A stretch of DNA of 60,957 nucleotides, taken from sequence record SRR20825019_2180; one strand, written 5' to 3'. A program made the translations under genes and the position numbers. Positions 41,442 to 50,843 of the stretch are shown in pieces (position 1 is the first letter of the stretch; each line of letters begins with the position of its first letter). The notes below the pieces were generated by a model, which was not told the DNA's origin, made no database searches, and saw nothing but the letters and a program-made list of their open reading frames with translations.

Positions 41442-42482
41442 ATGCCTTATACCCTAAAACGAATTCAACTATCAATGAGCACCAAATATCTTTACCTTCT
41501 CAGTTATATTCTATTGGCAACATCCATGAGCGCACAAGAAGTCAACAAAAAACAAAACAACCCAATTTTTGAAGGATGGTATGCCGACCCCGAAGGAATC
41601 GTATTTGGGGACACCTATTGGGTCTACCCTACCTTTTCGGATGATTATGATAAGCAACTTCATTTTGATGCATTTTCATCCAAGGATTTGGTGAATTGGG
41701 AAAAGCACGAGCGTATTTTGGACACGACCAAAATCAAATGGTTGAGACAGGCACTTTGGGCGCCATCCATTATTGAAAAGGACAATAAGTATTACTTATT
41801 CTTTGGTGCCAACGACATTCAACGGCCCGGAAGAAGTTCCTACGACCCCAATAACGACATCAATCATTATGGAGGCATTGGTGTAGCTGTAGCAGACAAT
41901 CCAGGTGGACCCTTTGAAGATCATTTGGGCGAACCATTGATTTCCGACTTCTATAACAATGCACAACCTATTGACCAATTTGTTTTTAAAGATGCGGACG
42001 GCACTCATTATTTTTTCTACGGTGGATGGAGCCATTGCAACTTAGGGAAACTCAACGAAGATTTTACGGGCTTTGAGCCATGGGAAGATGGCAGTTTGTT
42101 CAAAGAAGTTACCCCGGAAGGTTATGTTGAGGGCCCATTTATGTTTTTGCGCAACGGCATCTATTATTTTATGTGGTCCGAAGGAAACTGGACCGATGGA
42201 AGTTACAAAGTGGCCTACGCCATGTCTGATAAGCCAACAGGTCCCTATAATCGTATTGGCACCATCCTGGAATCAAAGGAAGGAGATATCGCCACGGGTG
42301 CAGGGCATCATTCGGTAATCAATAAACCGGGCACGGATGATTGGATCATAGTTTATCACCGCAGGCCCATTCCCAATAAAGACCGTGACCATCGCGTAAC
42401 CTGTATGGAAAAAATGGAATTCAATCCAGATGGGGCCATAAAACCGGTGATCATGACTTTTGAAGGAGTTGGAGGAGAATAA
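41442..42482 (+). CDS. Glycoside hydrolase family 43 protein
   Basis: WYADP, LWAP, PIDQ, VEGPF, GHHS; signal peptide (start may be 41475). Confidence 0.92.
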   Translation: MPYTLKRIQLSMSTKYLYLLSYILLATSMSAQEVNKKQNNPIFEGWYADPEGIVFGDTYWVYPTFSDDYDKQLHFDAFSSKDLVNWEKHERILDTTKIKWLRQALWAPSIIEKDNKYYLFFGANDIQRPGRSSYDPNNDINHYGGIGVAVADNPGGPFEDHLGEPLISDFYNNAQPIDQFVFKDADGTHYFFYGGWSHCNLGKLNEDFTGFEPWEDGSLFKEVTPEGYVEGPFMFLRNGIYYFMWSEGNWTDGSYKVAYAMSDKPTGPYNRIGTILESKEGDIATGAGHHSVINKPGTDDWIIVYHRRPIPNKDRDHRVTCMEKMEFNPDGAIKPVIMTFEGVGGE

Positions 42483-42510
42483 TTCAAGACAACCCGCGAA
42501 CACCCAACAA

Positions 42511-43650
42511 ATGATTGAAAAGGATATACTTGATCTACGGCGCCTACTACATGCAAATCCCGATATATCCAATCAGGAATACGGCACAGCCGGATTGATC
42601 AAAAACTTTTTGGCACCATACCATCCCACGGAAATCATCGAAGGAATTGGTGGAGCTGGCTTGGCCGCCATCTACAAATTTCCGAAAAAAGGCCCCACCG
42701 TGGCCATTCGTTGCGAACTTGATGCCCTGCCGATACTGGAAATCAATTCCTTCAACCACAAATCGACAAAAAAAGGCATATCCCATAAATGCGGTCACGA
42801 CGGGCATATGGCCATTGTTTCCGCCCTAGCACCATGGTTAGATCATAAACCTTTGGCTTGCGGCACGGTCGTACTGCTGTTTCAGCCCGCGGAAGAAACG
42901 GGAGAGGGTGCCAAACGGCTCATAGAGGATGAAAAATTCAAAAAAATACATCCCGACTACGTTTTTGCGCTTCACAATATTCCCAAGGAGCCAATGCACA
43001 GCATCATTTTAATGGACAATGGGTTTTCTGCGGAAGTTCAGAGTGTCATCATCAAAGTAAAAGGAAAGGAATCCCACGCCTCGGAACCTGAAAATGGAAT
43101 AAACCCTGCCTTGGGCATTTCTAAAATCATCCAAAAAATATCGGAACTCAACGTTCCAGAGCCATCCGATTCCAGTTTTGCCCTTTTAACCCCGATACAC
43201 ATCAGCATGGGGCAAAAATCCTATGGAGTCTCTCCTGCGAACGGAGAGCTGCACTATACACTTCGGACATGGAGCACAGCCAAAATGGATGGATTGAAAT
43301 CAAAACTCATCAAGCTGGTGGAGAAGATAAGCCATGAGCACAAACTACGGTATGAACTGGAATGGTTGGAACATTTTCCGGCCAGTTCTGTTGATAGTGA
43401 AAGTAATACATTTGTCCGACAAGCAGCAGAGGCAAATAATTTGTCCATAGTCCAAAGAAAAACGCCGTTCAAATTTGGGGAAGATTTTGGTTGGTTTTCC
43501 AAATCCTACAAAACTGCAATGTTCGGGGTAGGTTCAGGAGCTTCTACACCAGCTTTGCACAATGCTGATTATGAATTTCCCGATGAACTACTTTCAACTG
43601 GAGTTTCCATGTTCAAAAGCATAATCTTGAATATACTTTTAGAAAAATGA
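42511..43650 (+). CDS. M20D family amidohydrolase
   Basis: RRLLHANP, RCELDALP, HKCGHDGH, FQPAEE, GEDF, LHN. Confidence 0.93.
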   Translation: MIEKDILDLRRLLHANPDISNQEYGTAGLIKNFLAPYHPTEIIEGIGGAGLAAIYKFPKKGPTVAIRCELDALPILEINSFNHKSTKKGISHKCGHDGHMAIVSALAPWLDHKPLACGTVVLLFQPAEETGEGAKRLIEDEKFKKIHPDYVFALHNIPKEPMHSIILMDNGFSAEVQSVIIKVKGKESHASEPENGINPALGISKIIQKISELNVPEPSDSSFALLTPIHISMGQKSYGVSPANGELHYTLRTWSTAKMDGLKSKLIKLVEKISHEHKLRYELEWLEHFPASSVDSESNTFVRQAAEANNLSIVQRKTPFKFGEDFGWFSKSYKTAMFGVGSGASTPALHNADYEFPDELLSTGVSMFKSIILNILLEK

Positions 43651-43746
43651 CCCTTTTAAAAAATCTTCTTAAACCAGTTTAATTTTTGTTCAGGTTTTGA
43701 TAGGTAACTTTGTGAAAGATAAATTTAACCCAATCAAAATAGAGAT

Positions 43747-44502
43747 ATGAAAACTCCTCTGGTTCTATTGCTCGTTGTTTTACTTTCTAGCTGTAATACC
43801 AATAAGTCCGAAAACTCAGTTAAAGGTGACCTATCCGAAAATCAGTCCTCCGGAATCCAATCGGATACATTGACCAAACACTTAAAGCCATTCAAGGAAA
43901 ACTTGCCCACAATCGGACTTTTAATGTATAACGGAGTACTTCAAAGCGAAGTTGTGGCAACCTCTGACGTATTTGCAAAACCTTCGGCGGATGGAGAACA
44001 ACTTTTTAACGTGATCACAATAGCAGAGACAGAAAACCCGATAACCACTGAAGAAGGTATGCATTTTGTTCCCGATTACACTTTTGACAATTGCCCCAAA
44101 TTGACCGCATTGTTTGTTCCCAGTGCTTACGATATGTATGCGCAGGTACACAATGAAAAAATCGTGGAATTCATCAAAAGAAAAAATGAAGAAACCCAAT
44201 ACACGGTAAGTAATTGTGCCGGCGCACAGCTGATTGGTAAGTCTGGAATTGCGGACGGCAAGAAAATTGTAACTTGGATAGGTGGCGGTGAACAGTTACA
44301 AAAGGATTATCCCAACTTAAAAGTTCAGGACGATAGTTTGGTAACTTTTGTGAAAGATGGTAAGTTTTACTCCTCCAATGGGAACTTGGCAAGTTATATA
44401 TCCGCGTTGAATCTACTGGAAACCATGACAAGTAGTGAGCATCGTGATTTTGTTGAGAGTTATCTGTATTTGGACCGTCTTCAAAACTGGAACAGACCAT
44501 AA
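43747..44502 (+). CDS. DJ-1/PfpI family lipoprotein
   Basis: Lipobox LSS-C; PDYTFDNCP, SNCAGA nucleophile elbow, DGKFYSSNG. Confidence 0.85.
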   Translation: MKTPLVLLLVVLLSSCNTNKSENSVKGDLSENQSSGIQSDTLTKHLKPFKENLPTIGLLMYNGVLQSEVVATSDVFAKPSADGEQLFNVITIAETENPITTEEGMHFVPDYTFDNCPKLTALFVPSAYDMYAQVHNEKIVEFIKRKNEETQYTVSNCAGAQLIGKSGIADGKKIVTWIGGGEQLQKDYPNLKVQDDSLVTFVKDGKFYSSNGNLASYISALNLLETMTSSEHRDFVESYLYLDRLQNWNRP

Positions 44503-44509
44503 TTTAATT

Positions 44510-45202
44510 ATGCCCAAACAAAAAATTGTAGTACTCACAGGAGCAGGAATGAGCGCCGAAAGCGGGCTTAAGACCTTTCGTGATGAAAACGGTCTTTGGG
44601 AAGGCCATGATTTGATGCAAGTAGCTACTCCGGAAGGCTTTGCCCGAAATCCTGAACTAGTGCTGGAATTTTACAATCAGCGAAGAAGGCAATTATTGGA
44701 TGTTTCGCCCAACAAAGGCCATTTGGCCCTGGCTAAGCTGGAACAGGCGTTCGATGTGAGCATCATTACCCAAAATGTGGATAATCTTCACGAACAGGCC
44801 GGTAGCTCGCATGTGGTCCATTTGCACGGAGAATTGTTCAAAGTGCGGAGCACGATGGATAAAAACCATATATTGGATTGGAAAAAAGATTTGATTTTTG
44901 GCGATTTGGACGATAAGGGCCATCAATTGCGCCCACATATCGTATGGTTTGGCGAAATGGTCCCTATGTTGGAAACCGCTACCGAGATTACCCAACAAGC
45001 GGACATTTTGATTATAGTGGGCACCTCCATGCAGGTGTATCCTGCGGCGAGCTTGATTCATTACGCTCCGGCACAGATCCCGATGTACTTTGTGGATCCC
45101 AAGCCCAACATTCGGTCAGCGGATTTTTATAACCTGACCGTAATCCCCAAAACCGCGGCCGAAGGAGTTCCCCTATTGGTAAACGAGCTTTTCAATAATT
45201 AG
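44510..45202 (+). CDS. cobB: NAD-dependent protein deacylase (sirtuin, class III)
   Basis: TGAGMSAESG, FYNQRR, TQNVDNLHE, HLHG, RPHIVWFGE, GTSMQVYPAA. Confidence 0.95.
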   Translation: MPKQKIVVLTGAGMSAESGLKTFRDENGLWEGHDLMQVATPEGFARNPELVLEFYNQRRRQLLDVSPNKGHLALAKLEQAFDVSIITQNVDNLHEQAGSSHVVHLHGELFKVRSTMDKNHILDWKKDLIFGDLDDKGHQLRPHIVWFGEMVPMLETATEITQQADILIIVGTSMQVYPAASLIHYAPAQIPMYFVDPKPNIRSADFYNLTVIPKTAAEGVPLLVNELFNN

Positions 45203-45644
45203 CTCTGGCCTTGTTTGCCCAGGCCAACAATGCACTTATCTGGTCTTCGGACAAATTAGCGTCGGCATGGGTCCAAGTATATTCGTTCAAGGGCATTTTG
45301 CCTTCTTTCACCTCCTCGATCACTTCTTCCAGCTTGTGATCTTTCTTTTTGGAGTCATAATTTGCCCAATCGGAAAAATTTAAATGACGCTTTCCATCTT
45401 CAACATGATCGGCCAACCAATAAGAAACAGGAGCAATATTATTGTACCAAGGATATTCCGTGTTGGCGCTATGGCAGTCATAACAGGCTGTCTTTAAAAT
45501 TTGTTTTACCTCAGCAGAGGGTTGGGTCTCTGTCTCAAAAACAGCTACATAATCACCTTTAGCCTTATTTTTTTCGGGACGGTAAAATTGCATCCCGATC
45601 AGTACGATCAAGAGGACAATTGCTATTTTTTTTACTATTTTCAT
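45192..45644 (-). CDS. Heme-binding domain protein (c-type cytochrome)
   Basis: CYDCH motif, YPWY, LNFS, distal MP. Confidence 0.88.
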   Translation of the reverse strand: MKIVKKIAIVLLIVLIGMQFYRPEKNKAKGDYVAVFETETQPSAEVKQILKTACYDCHSANTEYPWYNNIAPVSYWLADHVEDGKRHLNFSDWANYDSKKKDHKLEEVIEEVKEGKMPLNEYTWTHADANLSEDQISALLAWANKARANY

Positions 45645-45680
45645 TTTTTCCTTGGATTTACATAAATGTATTGATTTTTT

Positions 45681-46253
45681 GTGACAGAAGAACAGCTTTA
45701 TACCGCACTTGATTCCGGCAGGATATCAAAATCCCAGATAGATGGCTTGGTGCTTCAATTGGAAGAACACCCCCAATTGGCACCTGGACTTTTTAGGCTT
45801 GTTTTGATGGAAGATAGAGAAGGAACCTTCAACGCAAGCTGGACCTTTGATCATTTGATGCGTAAGCAACTCATTTTTCTAATCCCCTTTATTGATGAGT
45901 TTACAAATGGATTGGCCGAATTAAAGTCCGAATCCTGTGTCCGCCCCATTGCCCATGTGTGCGAAATGTTATGTGAGGCCTATTTTAAGAAAAAGCAGTC
46001 GCTTTTTGTTGAAAATGTAAAGGATAAACATTTGGAGAATATTGTTACCGCTTGTTTTGATTGGCTCATCGGCCCCATGAATGTGGCGCCCAAGGTTTTT
46101 GCCATGACCAGTCTTTACTATCTGGGGCTAAAATTTGATTGGGTCCATCCCGAACTCAAACAGGTTTTGGAAGTCAATTATACCGCAGGGACCACAGGAT
46201 ACAAAAACAGGGCGAAAAAAACTCTGGATAAGTTGGCCCAATTGGAGGTCTAA
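45681..46253 (+). CDS. Conserved hypothetical alpha-helical protein (ARM/HEAT-like)
   Basis: 190-aa GTG-start ORF filling the gap; CFDWLI...KVFAM..L motif. Confidence 0.7.
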   Translation: MTEEQLYTALDSGRISKSQIDGLVLQLEEHPQLAPGLFRLVLMEDREGTFNASWTFDHLMRKQLIFLIPFIDEFTNGLAELKSESCVRPIAHVCEMLCEAYFKKKQSLFVENVKDKHLENIVTACFDWLIGPMNVAPKVFAMTSLYYLGLKFDWVHPELKQVLEVNYTAGTTGYKNRAKKTLDKLAQLEV

Positions 46254-46299
46254 ACTGGCACGTTTAAGTATCTTTGTTCCTTTCAAAATTTTCTTGACC

Positions 46300-47643
46300 A
46301 TGTCATTGACACCACTAAACGCCATTTCGCCGATCGACGGCAGATATAGAAACAAAACCAAAGCCTTAAAAGACTACTTTTCGGAGGAAGCACTGATCAA
46401 ATACCGCGTTCAAGTAGAGATTGAATACTTTATCGCGCTCTGTGAAATCCCATTGCCACAATTAGCGGATTTCAACAGGGCTCTCTTTCCGAATCTACAG
46501 GCAATCTACCAAGAGTTTTCTACGGCAGATGCAAAGGCCATCAAGGATATTGAAAAAACTACCAATCACGATGTAAAAGCCGTGGAATACTTCATAAAAC
46601 AAAAGTTTGATGCTTTAGACCTTCAGAAATATAAGGAGTTCATTCACTTTGGGCTGACTTCCCAAGACATAAACAACACGGCCATTCCTTTGTCAATCAA
46701 GGAGGCTATGAACGATGTGTACGTTCCTTCCTATTTGGAGGTTTTTGAAAAATTGAAGGAACTTGCCAAGGAATGGGAAACCATCCCCATGTTGGCCAGG
46801 ACACACGGTCAGCCCGCTTCCCCTACCCGATTGGGCAAGGAAATCGACGTGTTTGTGGAGCGTTTTAAAGAGCAGTTCAATTTATTGAACGACATACCCA
46901 GCGCCTCTAAATTCGGTGGCGCTACGGGAAATTACAACGCACACAAGGTGGCCTATCCAAACAATGACTGGAGAGCCTTTGGAAAGCAGTTTGTACAGGA
47001 AAAATTGGGCTTGCACCACTCTTTCCCAACCACCCAAATTGAGCATTACGACCATATGGCCGCTTTGTTCGATTGCCTTAAACGCATCAATACCATTTTG
47101 ATTGATTTGGATCGGGACTTTTGGACCTACATTTCCATGGATTACTTTAAGCAGAAAATCAAAAAAGGAGAAGTTGGCTCATCAGCCATGCCGCACAAGG
47201 TGAATCCTATAGATTTTGAAAACTCCGAAGGAAATTTGGGACTTGCCAATGCCATTTTTGAACATTTATCCGCCAAACTCCCGATTTCCAGATTACAACG
47301 TGATCTTACGGACAGTACCGTTTTGCGAAATGTGGGGGTTCCTTTTGCACATACCATTGTCGGGTTTAAATCCACTTTGAAGGGACTGAACAAACTGGTG
47401 CTGAACCAAGCCAAGTTCGAACAGGATCTGGAGGACAATTGGGCCGTGGTCGCCGAGGCCATTCAGACCATTTTACGAAGAGAGGGCTATCCCAACCCAT
47501 ACGAAGCATTAAAAGGTTTGACACGTACCAACGAGAAAATCAACCAAAAATCCATTGCCGATTTTATTGAAACTTTGGAGGTTTCGGATGCCATCAAAAC
47601 AGAACTGAAACAAATTACCCCAGCGAATTACACTGGGGTGTAG
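46300..47643 (+). CDS. purB: Adenylosuccinate lyase
   Basis: AISPIDGRY, TNHDVKAVEY, ARTHGQPA, SSAMPHKVNPIDFEN; promoter TATCTTTG 46269-46276. Confidence 0.98.
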   Translation: MSLTPLNAISPIDGRYRNKTKALKDYFSEEALIKYRVQVEIEYFIALCEIPLPQLADFNRALFPNLQAIYQEFSTADAKAIKDIEKTTNHDVKAVEYFIKQKFDALDLQKYKEFIHFGLTSQDINNTAIPLSIKEAMNDVYVPSYLEVFEKLKELAKEWETIPMLARTHGQPASPTRLGKEIDVFVERFKEQFNLLNDIPSASKFGGATGNYNAHKVAYPNNDWRAFGKQFVQEKLGLHHSFPTTQIEHYDHMAALFDCLKRINTILIDLDRDFWTYISMDYFKQKIKKGEVGSSAMPHKVNPIDFENSEGNLGLANAIFEHLSAKLPISRLQRDLTDSTVLRNVGVPFAHTIVGFKSTLKGLNKLVLNQAKFEQDLEDNWAVVAEAIQTILRREGYPNPYEALKGLTRTNEKINQKSIADFIETLEVSDAIKTELKQITPANYTGV

Positions 47644-47647
47644 TACT

Positions 47648-47671
47648 TGTTATTCCTACTAAGGCAGGAAT
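47648..47671. repeat. REP-like palindrome ATTCCT-N8-AGGAAT
   Basis: TGTTATTCCTACTAAGGCAGGAAT; related degenerate copy at 57781-57805. Confidence 0.55.
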
Positions 47672-47704
47672 AGTTAACTTTTGATGAGTTCAAGGGAGCA
47701 AAAT

Positions 47705-48520
47705 TCATCCCTGTTTATGGATTTCCACTTGGTGTGGATATGGAATTTCAATTCCCGCCTCATCCAACGCAAGTTTACTGTTTTCATAGGTAGCAAAATA
47801 AACATCCCAATAATCCTCTGGTTTGCAATAGGGACGAACGGCAAAGTTCACGGAACTGTCCGCCAGTTCCAAAACATTTACGGAAGGTGCCGGATCTTTT
47901 AGCACTTTTTTGTTGGAGGTCAGCACCTTTAATAAAACTTCTTTGGTTTTTTTGATGTCTTCCCCATAACCAACACCAATTACGGTATCAACACGCATTT
48001 TTCCTTCCGCCGTATAGTTGATGATATTTCCGTTCGCCATGGCACCGTTGGGCACAATGGCCAGTCTGTTTTGAGGGGTCACCAGTTTTGTGGTAAAGAT
48101 TTCGATGCCTTTTACTTTGCCCAAAACACCTTGGGCCTCGATAAGATCATCGATTTTATAAGGTTTAAAAATCATGATGAGGACTCCACCGGCAAAATTG
48201 GAGAGCGAGCCTTGCAGCGCCAAGCCCACAGCAAGCCCGGCAGCAGCGATTACTGCAGCAAAGGTGGTGACATCGACTCCCAAGCGGGAGATCACGATTA
48301 TGATCAGAAAGATTTTTAAGGCCCAAGCAAATAGATTGAGCAGGAATTTTTGAAGTGACTGATCGTACTTACTTTTGGACATCACCTTTCGCGTTCCTTT
48401 GATGATCTTGTTTACCACCCACATTCCTACAAGATAAATGAGGATTGCGGTTACCAGTTTTGGGCCAAAATCCTTTGCCAGTTCAACTCCATAATCGAAC
48501 CATTCTTGTGCTTTCTCCAT
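47705..48520 (-). CDS. mscS: Small-conductance mechanosensitive channel
   Basis: GLAVGLALQGSLSNFAGG, IVPNG, IINYT, GIEIPYP. Confidence 0.95.
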   Translation of the reverse strand: MEKAQEWFDYGVELAKDFGPKLVTAILIYLVGMWVVNKIIKGTRKVMSKSKYDQSLQKFLLNLFAWALKIFLIIIVISRLGVDVTTFAAVIAAAGLAVGLALQGSLSNFAGGVLIMIFKPYKIDDLIEAQGVLGKVKGIEIFTTKLVTPQNRLAIVPNGAMANGNIINYTAEGKMRVDTVIGVGYGEDIKKTKEVLLKVLTSNKKVLKDPAPSVNVLELADSSVNFAVRPYCKPEDYWDVYFATYENSKLALDEAGIEIPYPHQVEIHKQG

Positions 48521-48609
48521 GATGTTTTGGTTTTGTTAGTTTTCTTATTATGAGACACTAAGATACTAAACTAGGTCACTCATTTATTCGTTCGAAACAT
48601 TCCAAAAAC

Positions 48610-48633
48610 AAAAAGGGCGACCAATGTCGCCCT
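48610..48633 (-). terminator. Intrinsic terminator of sigma/DUF4252 operon
   Basis: AGGGCGAC/GTCGCCCT hairpin with T-run on minus strand. Confidence 0.85.
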
Positions 48634-48658
48634 CCAATAGTTTATATTTTGATAAATC

Positions 48659-49198
48659 CTAGCCCTTTAGAAAGTCACCTATTTCGCCTAGCCCTTCTCC
48701 TTTATAATCGGATTTTTGGATGGCCTGCATTAATTGGATAATGTGTGCAGGGTTCATATTCTTGCCAAGCACTCGTACTAATGCAAAACCTTTATCCTCA
48801 CTATCTCCATAAATGATCACCTCATCAATGGCATCTTCATCACCTAGGTATTTAATGACGCCCTTGCCATACTTTGAATTGATTTTCATCAGTTCCACAA
48901 AGTCATCACCTTTTAGGATCTCTCGAACCTTTTTCTTTTCAATTTCGTACTCTGCTTCATTATCGGCGTTCTTCTTAAAGGCCAATAAGTTGAATTTTCT
49001 CAAGGATTCAATGGCTTCCTTTTGTGTCGGATTCAAATCTACCGCGTCCATTTTAAGGATACTGGCAGGTACATCTATGGATAAAAAATTGGGGTTTTCC
49101 GAATTGTCCACATAATACTCCTGCAGACTTGGTTGCGAAGCACAGGAAGCCAGAAGCACTGCTCCGGCTACCAATACGGTTTTAATAATTTGTTTCAT
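48659..49198 (-). CDS. DUF4252-like lipoprotein
   Basis: Lipobox LAS-C; LQEYYVD, ELMKIN, FALVRVLG. Confidence 0.8.
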   Translation of the reverse strand: MKQIIKTVLVAGAVLLASCASQPSLQEYYVDNSENPNFLSIDVPASILKMDAVDLNPTQKEAIESLRKFNLLAFKKNADNEAEYEIEKKKVREILKGDDFVELMKINSKYGKGVIKYLGDEDAIDEVIIYGDSEDKGFALVRVLGKNMNPAHIIQLMQAIQKSDYKGEGLGEIGDFLKG

Positions 49199-49234
49199 CT
49201 TTTTTGTTTTATTGATTGATTTTGTCAGCTAAAG

Positions 49235-49305
49235 ATCAGTTGACAATAATTAGTTGGAATTTTATAAACTGTGTTACAATTTCCACCCGATTATTGTCAA
49301 CCGAT
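49235..49305 (-). other. Long intergenic inverted repeat (about 28-bp arms)
   Basis: ATCAGTTGACAATAATTAGTTGGAA ... TTCCACCCGATTATTGTCAACCGAT. Confidence 0.85.
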
Positions 49306-49312
49306 GTTGTGA

Positions 49313-49852
49313 TCAATTCTTTTTACCTGCTTCGTTGAGCTCTTCGGGCAAGTTCATTTTTTTGGTCAATGAACTTATTTTGTTCAGGTCAATATCTCCG
49401 GTAAGGGATAAGATCACTGTCTCAAATTTATGTCCATTGGCCTCAACGTTGTTTATTCCGGTCACGAACATAAGCAGCTCGCTCACGTGGTCGGAATCCC
49501 TACCCTCTTTAATGTAGAATTTAGCATTGGCATCTTTGTCCTTTACTCTCATAAGTTCTTCCATTTTGGAAGATTTTAAGTAGCTGTCCACAGAGGATTT
49601 CATGTCTTCCCCTATTTTTTTGTTCTCGGTGGTAAACACCTTTAAGCTTTTTAGGCTGCTGGCGATATCCATAAAATCCCGTGCTTCTGGGTCGTCCACT
49701 TCTACATCGATTTTTGCGAGCAGATTGAACATACTTTTGTTCACCACTACGGATGTTACATCATCGAGGTCCTCAAACTTATCAAAAAGTGATTGTGAAA
49801 ACCCTGCCAAAGGCAATAAAGCCATTACTGTGATTAAAATATACTTTTTCAT
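49313..49852 (-). CDS. DUF4252-like periplasmic protein
   Basis: Signal peptide; FDKFED..DVTSVVVNKSMF, EELMRVKD, LTGDIDL. Confidence 0.85.
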   Translation of the reverse strand: MKKYILITVMALLPLAGFSQSLFDKFEDLDDVTSVVVNKSMFNLLAKIDVEVDDPEARDFMDIASSLKSLKVFTTENKKIGEDMKSSVDSYLKSSKMEELMRVKDKDANAKFYIKEGRDSDHVSELLMFVTGINNVEANGHKFETVILSLTGDIDLNKISSLTKKMNLPEELNEAGKKN

Positions 49853-49865
49853 GTTGTTACGTTTT

Positions 49866-50300
49866 TTAATTGTTGTTGTAAATTTTTTGTTTTGCTTCCT
49901 CAAACTCTTTTAGATAGGCCACTTTTTCTGTGCCTTTGTTAAAATTTTCCGCCAAGAGCTCAAAGGCCTTTTTGGTTTCTTCGTAGGCGTACTCCGCCTT
50001 TTCTTGTTCCAAGCGCTGTTCTTCTTGGTACTGATTTCCAAAATAAATGCCAAAGGTCAAAACTACTGCCGCTGCAATGGATAGCCACTTGTAATAGTTT
50101 ACTCTAGGTTTTAATGGTACCTGTTTGGTGTACTTTTCTTCCTTGGCCATGGAAAAGTAGTTGAACATAGGTTTGTACTGCTCCAAGTGAGGGGCTACCT
50201 CGTCTTGAGAAAAATACTCCCTTAATGTTCTTTCTTCGCCCACTGTTGCAGTGGCCTCGAAATACTTTTCCAATATCTTTTCTATGTTACCCAATTCCAT
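49866..50300 (-). CDS. Putative membrane anti-sigma factor
   Basis: LEKYFEATAT..EE..L N-terminal domain, single TM (WLSIAAAVVL), overlaps the sigma stop codon. Confidence 0.75.
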   Translation of the reverse strand: MELGNIEKILEKYFEATATVGEERTLREYFSQDEVAPHLEQYKPMFNYFSMAKEEKYTKQVPLKPRVNYYKWLSIAAAVVLTFGIYFGNQYQEEQRLEQEKAEYAYEETKKAFELLAENFNKGTEKVAYLKEFEEAKQKIYNNN

Positions 50301-50796
50301 AGTTGTGTTTTTTTATTAATTCTTCCCTTACTGTTTTTCTGGCCCTCGACAGTGCTACGCGCACTGCAGTGGGTTTCATGTCCAATAGCTCGCATATCTC
50401 ATCGAACTCGTATTGCTCTACATCCCGTAGCTGCAATATCATTTTTTGTTGTTCTGGCAGGTCTTCCATTATACGTTCCATCCAACTTACACTGTCCTCG
50501 GCCTCCAACTGTTTTTGCAAGGAGGTGTTTTCGTCGCTGTAGTTGCTGTGAACCAATTTTAGGTTTCCTGCTTGTTTGGACTTTAAACGGTCCAAGCAAA
50601 AGTTTTTGGTCATGGTCATGGCAAAAGCTTCTACGTTTTTGTACTTCTCCATCGACTCGTTCTTCGACCATAACTTCAACAAAATTTCTTGAGTGGCATC
50701 CTCCGCTTCTTCCCTGGAAACCAACAGGCGTTTTGCGAGCCTGTACAGTTTATCCTGAAATGGTAAAACCACATTTAAGAATTCTGTTTGTTTCAT
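50287..50796 (-). CDS. ECF RNA polymerase sigma factor
   Basis: LYRLAKRLL..AEDATQE region 2; LPEQQK..LRDVE..EI..VALSRARK region 4. Confidence 0.96.
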   Translation of the reverse strand: MKQTEFLNVVLPFQDKLYRLAKRLLVSREEAEDATQEILLKLWSKNESMEKYKNVEAFAMTMTKNFCLDRLKSKQAGNLKLVHSNYSDENTSLQKQLEAEDSVSWMERIMEDLPEQQKMILQLRDVEQYEFDEICELLDMKPTAVRVALSRARKTVREELIKKHNYGIG

Positions 50797-50843
50797 TGGT
50801 TGTTTTGTTGTTCAGTCTGTTAATTATCGGTCTACACTATCAC

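Noticed and set aside
44510..45202. Sirtuin as an anti-phage (Thoeris/DSR-type) SIR2 effector
   Set aside because: It has the full class III CobB motif set and no neighbouring defence genes.
46135..46299. N-terminal extensions given by the ORF track for purB (also trmD, rplS, cobB, M20 and DUF4252)
   Set aside because: They overlap upstream genes or promoters; downstream ATGs match the family N-termini, so these are not fusions or frameshifts.
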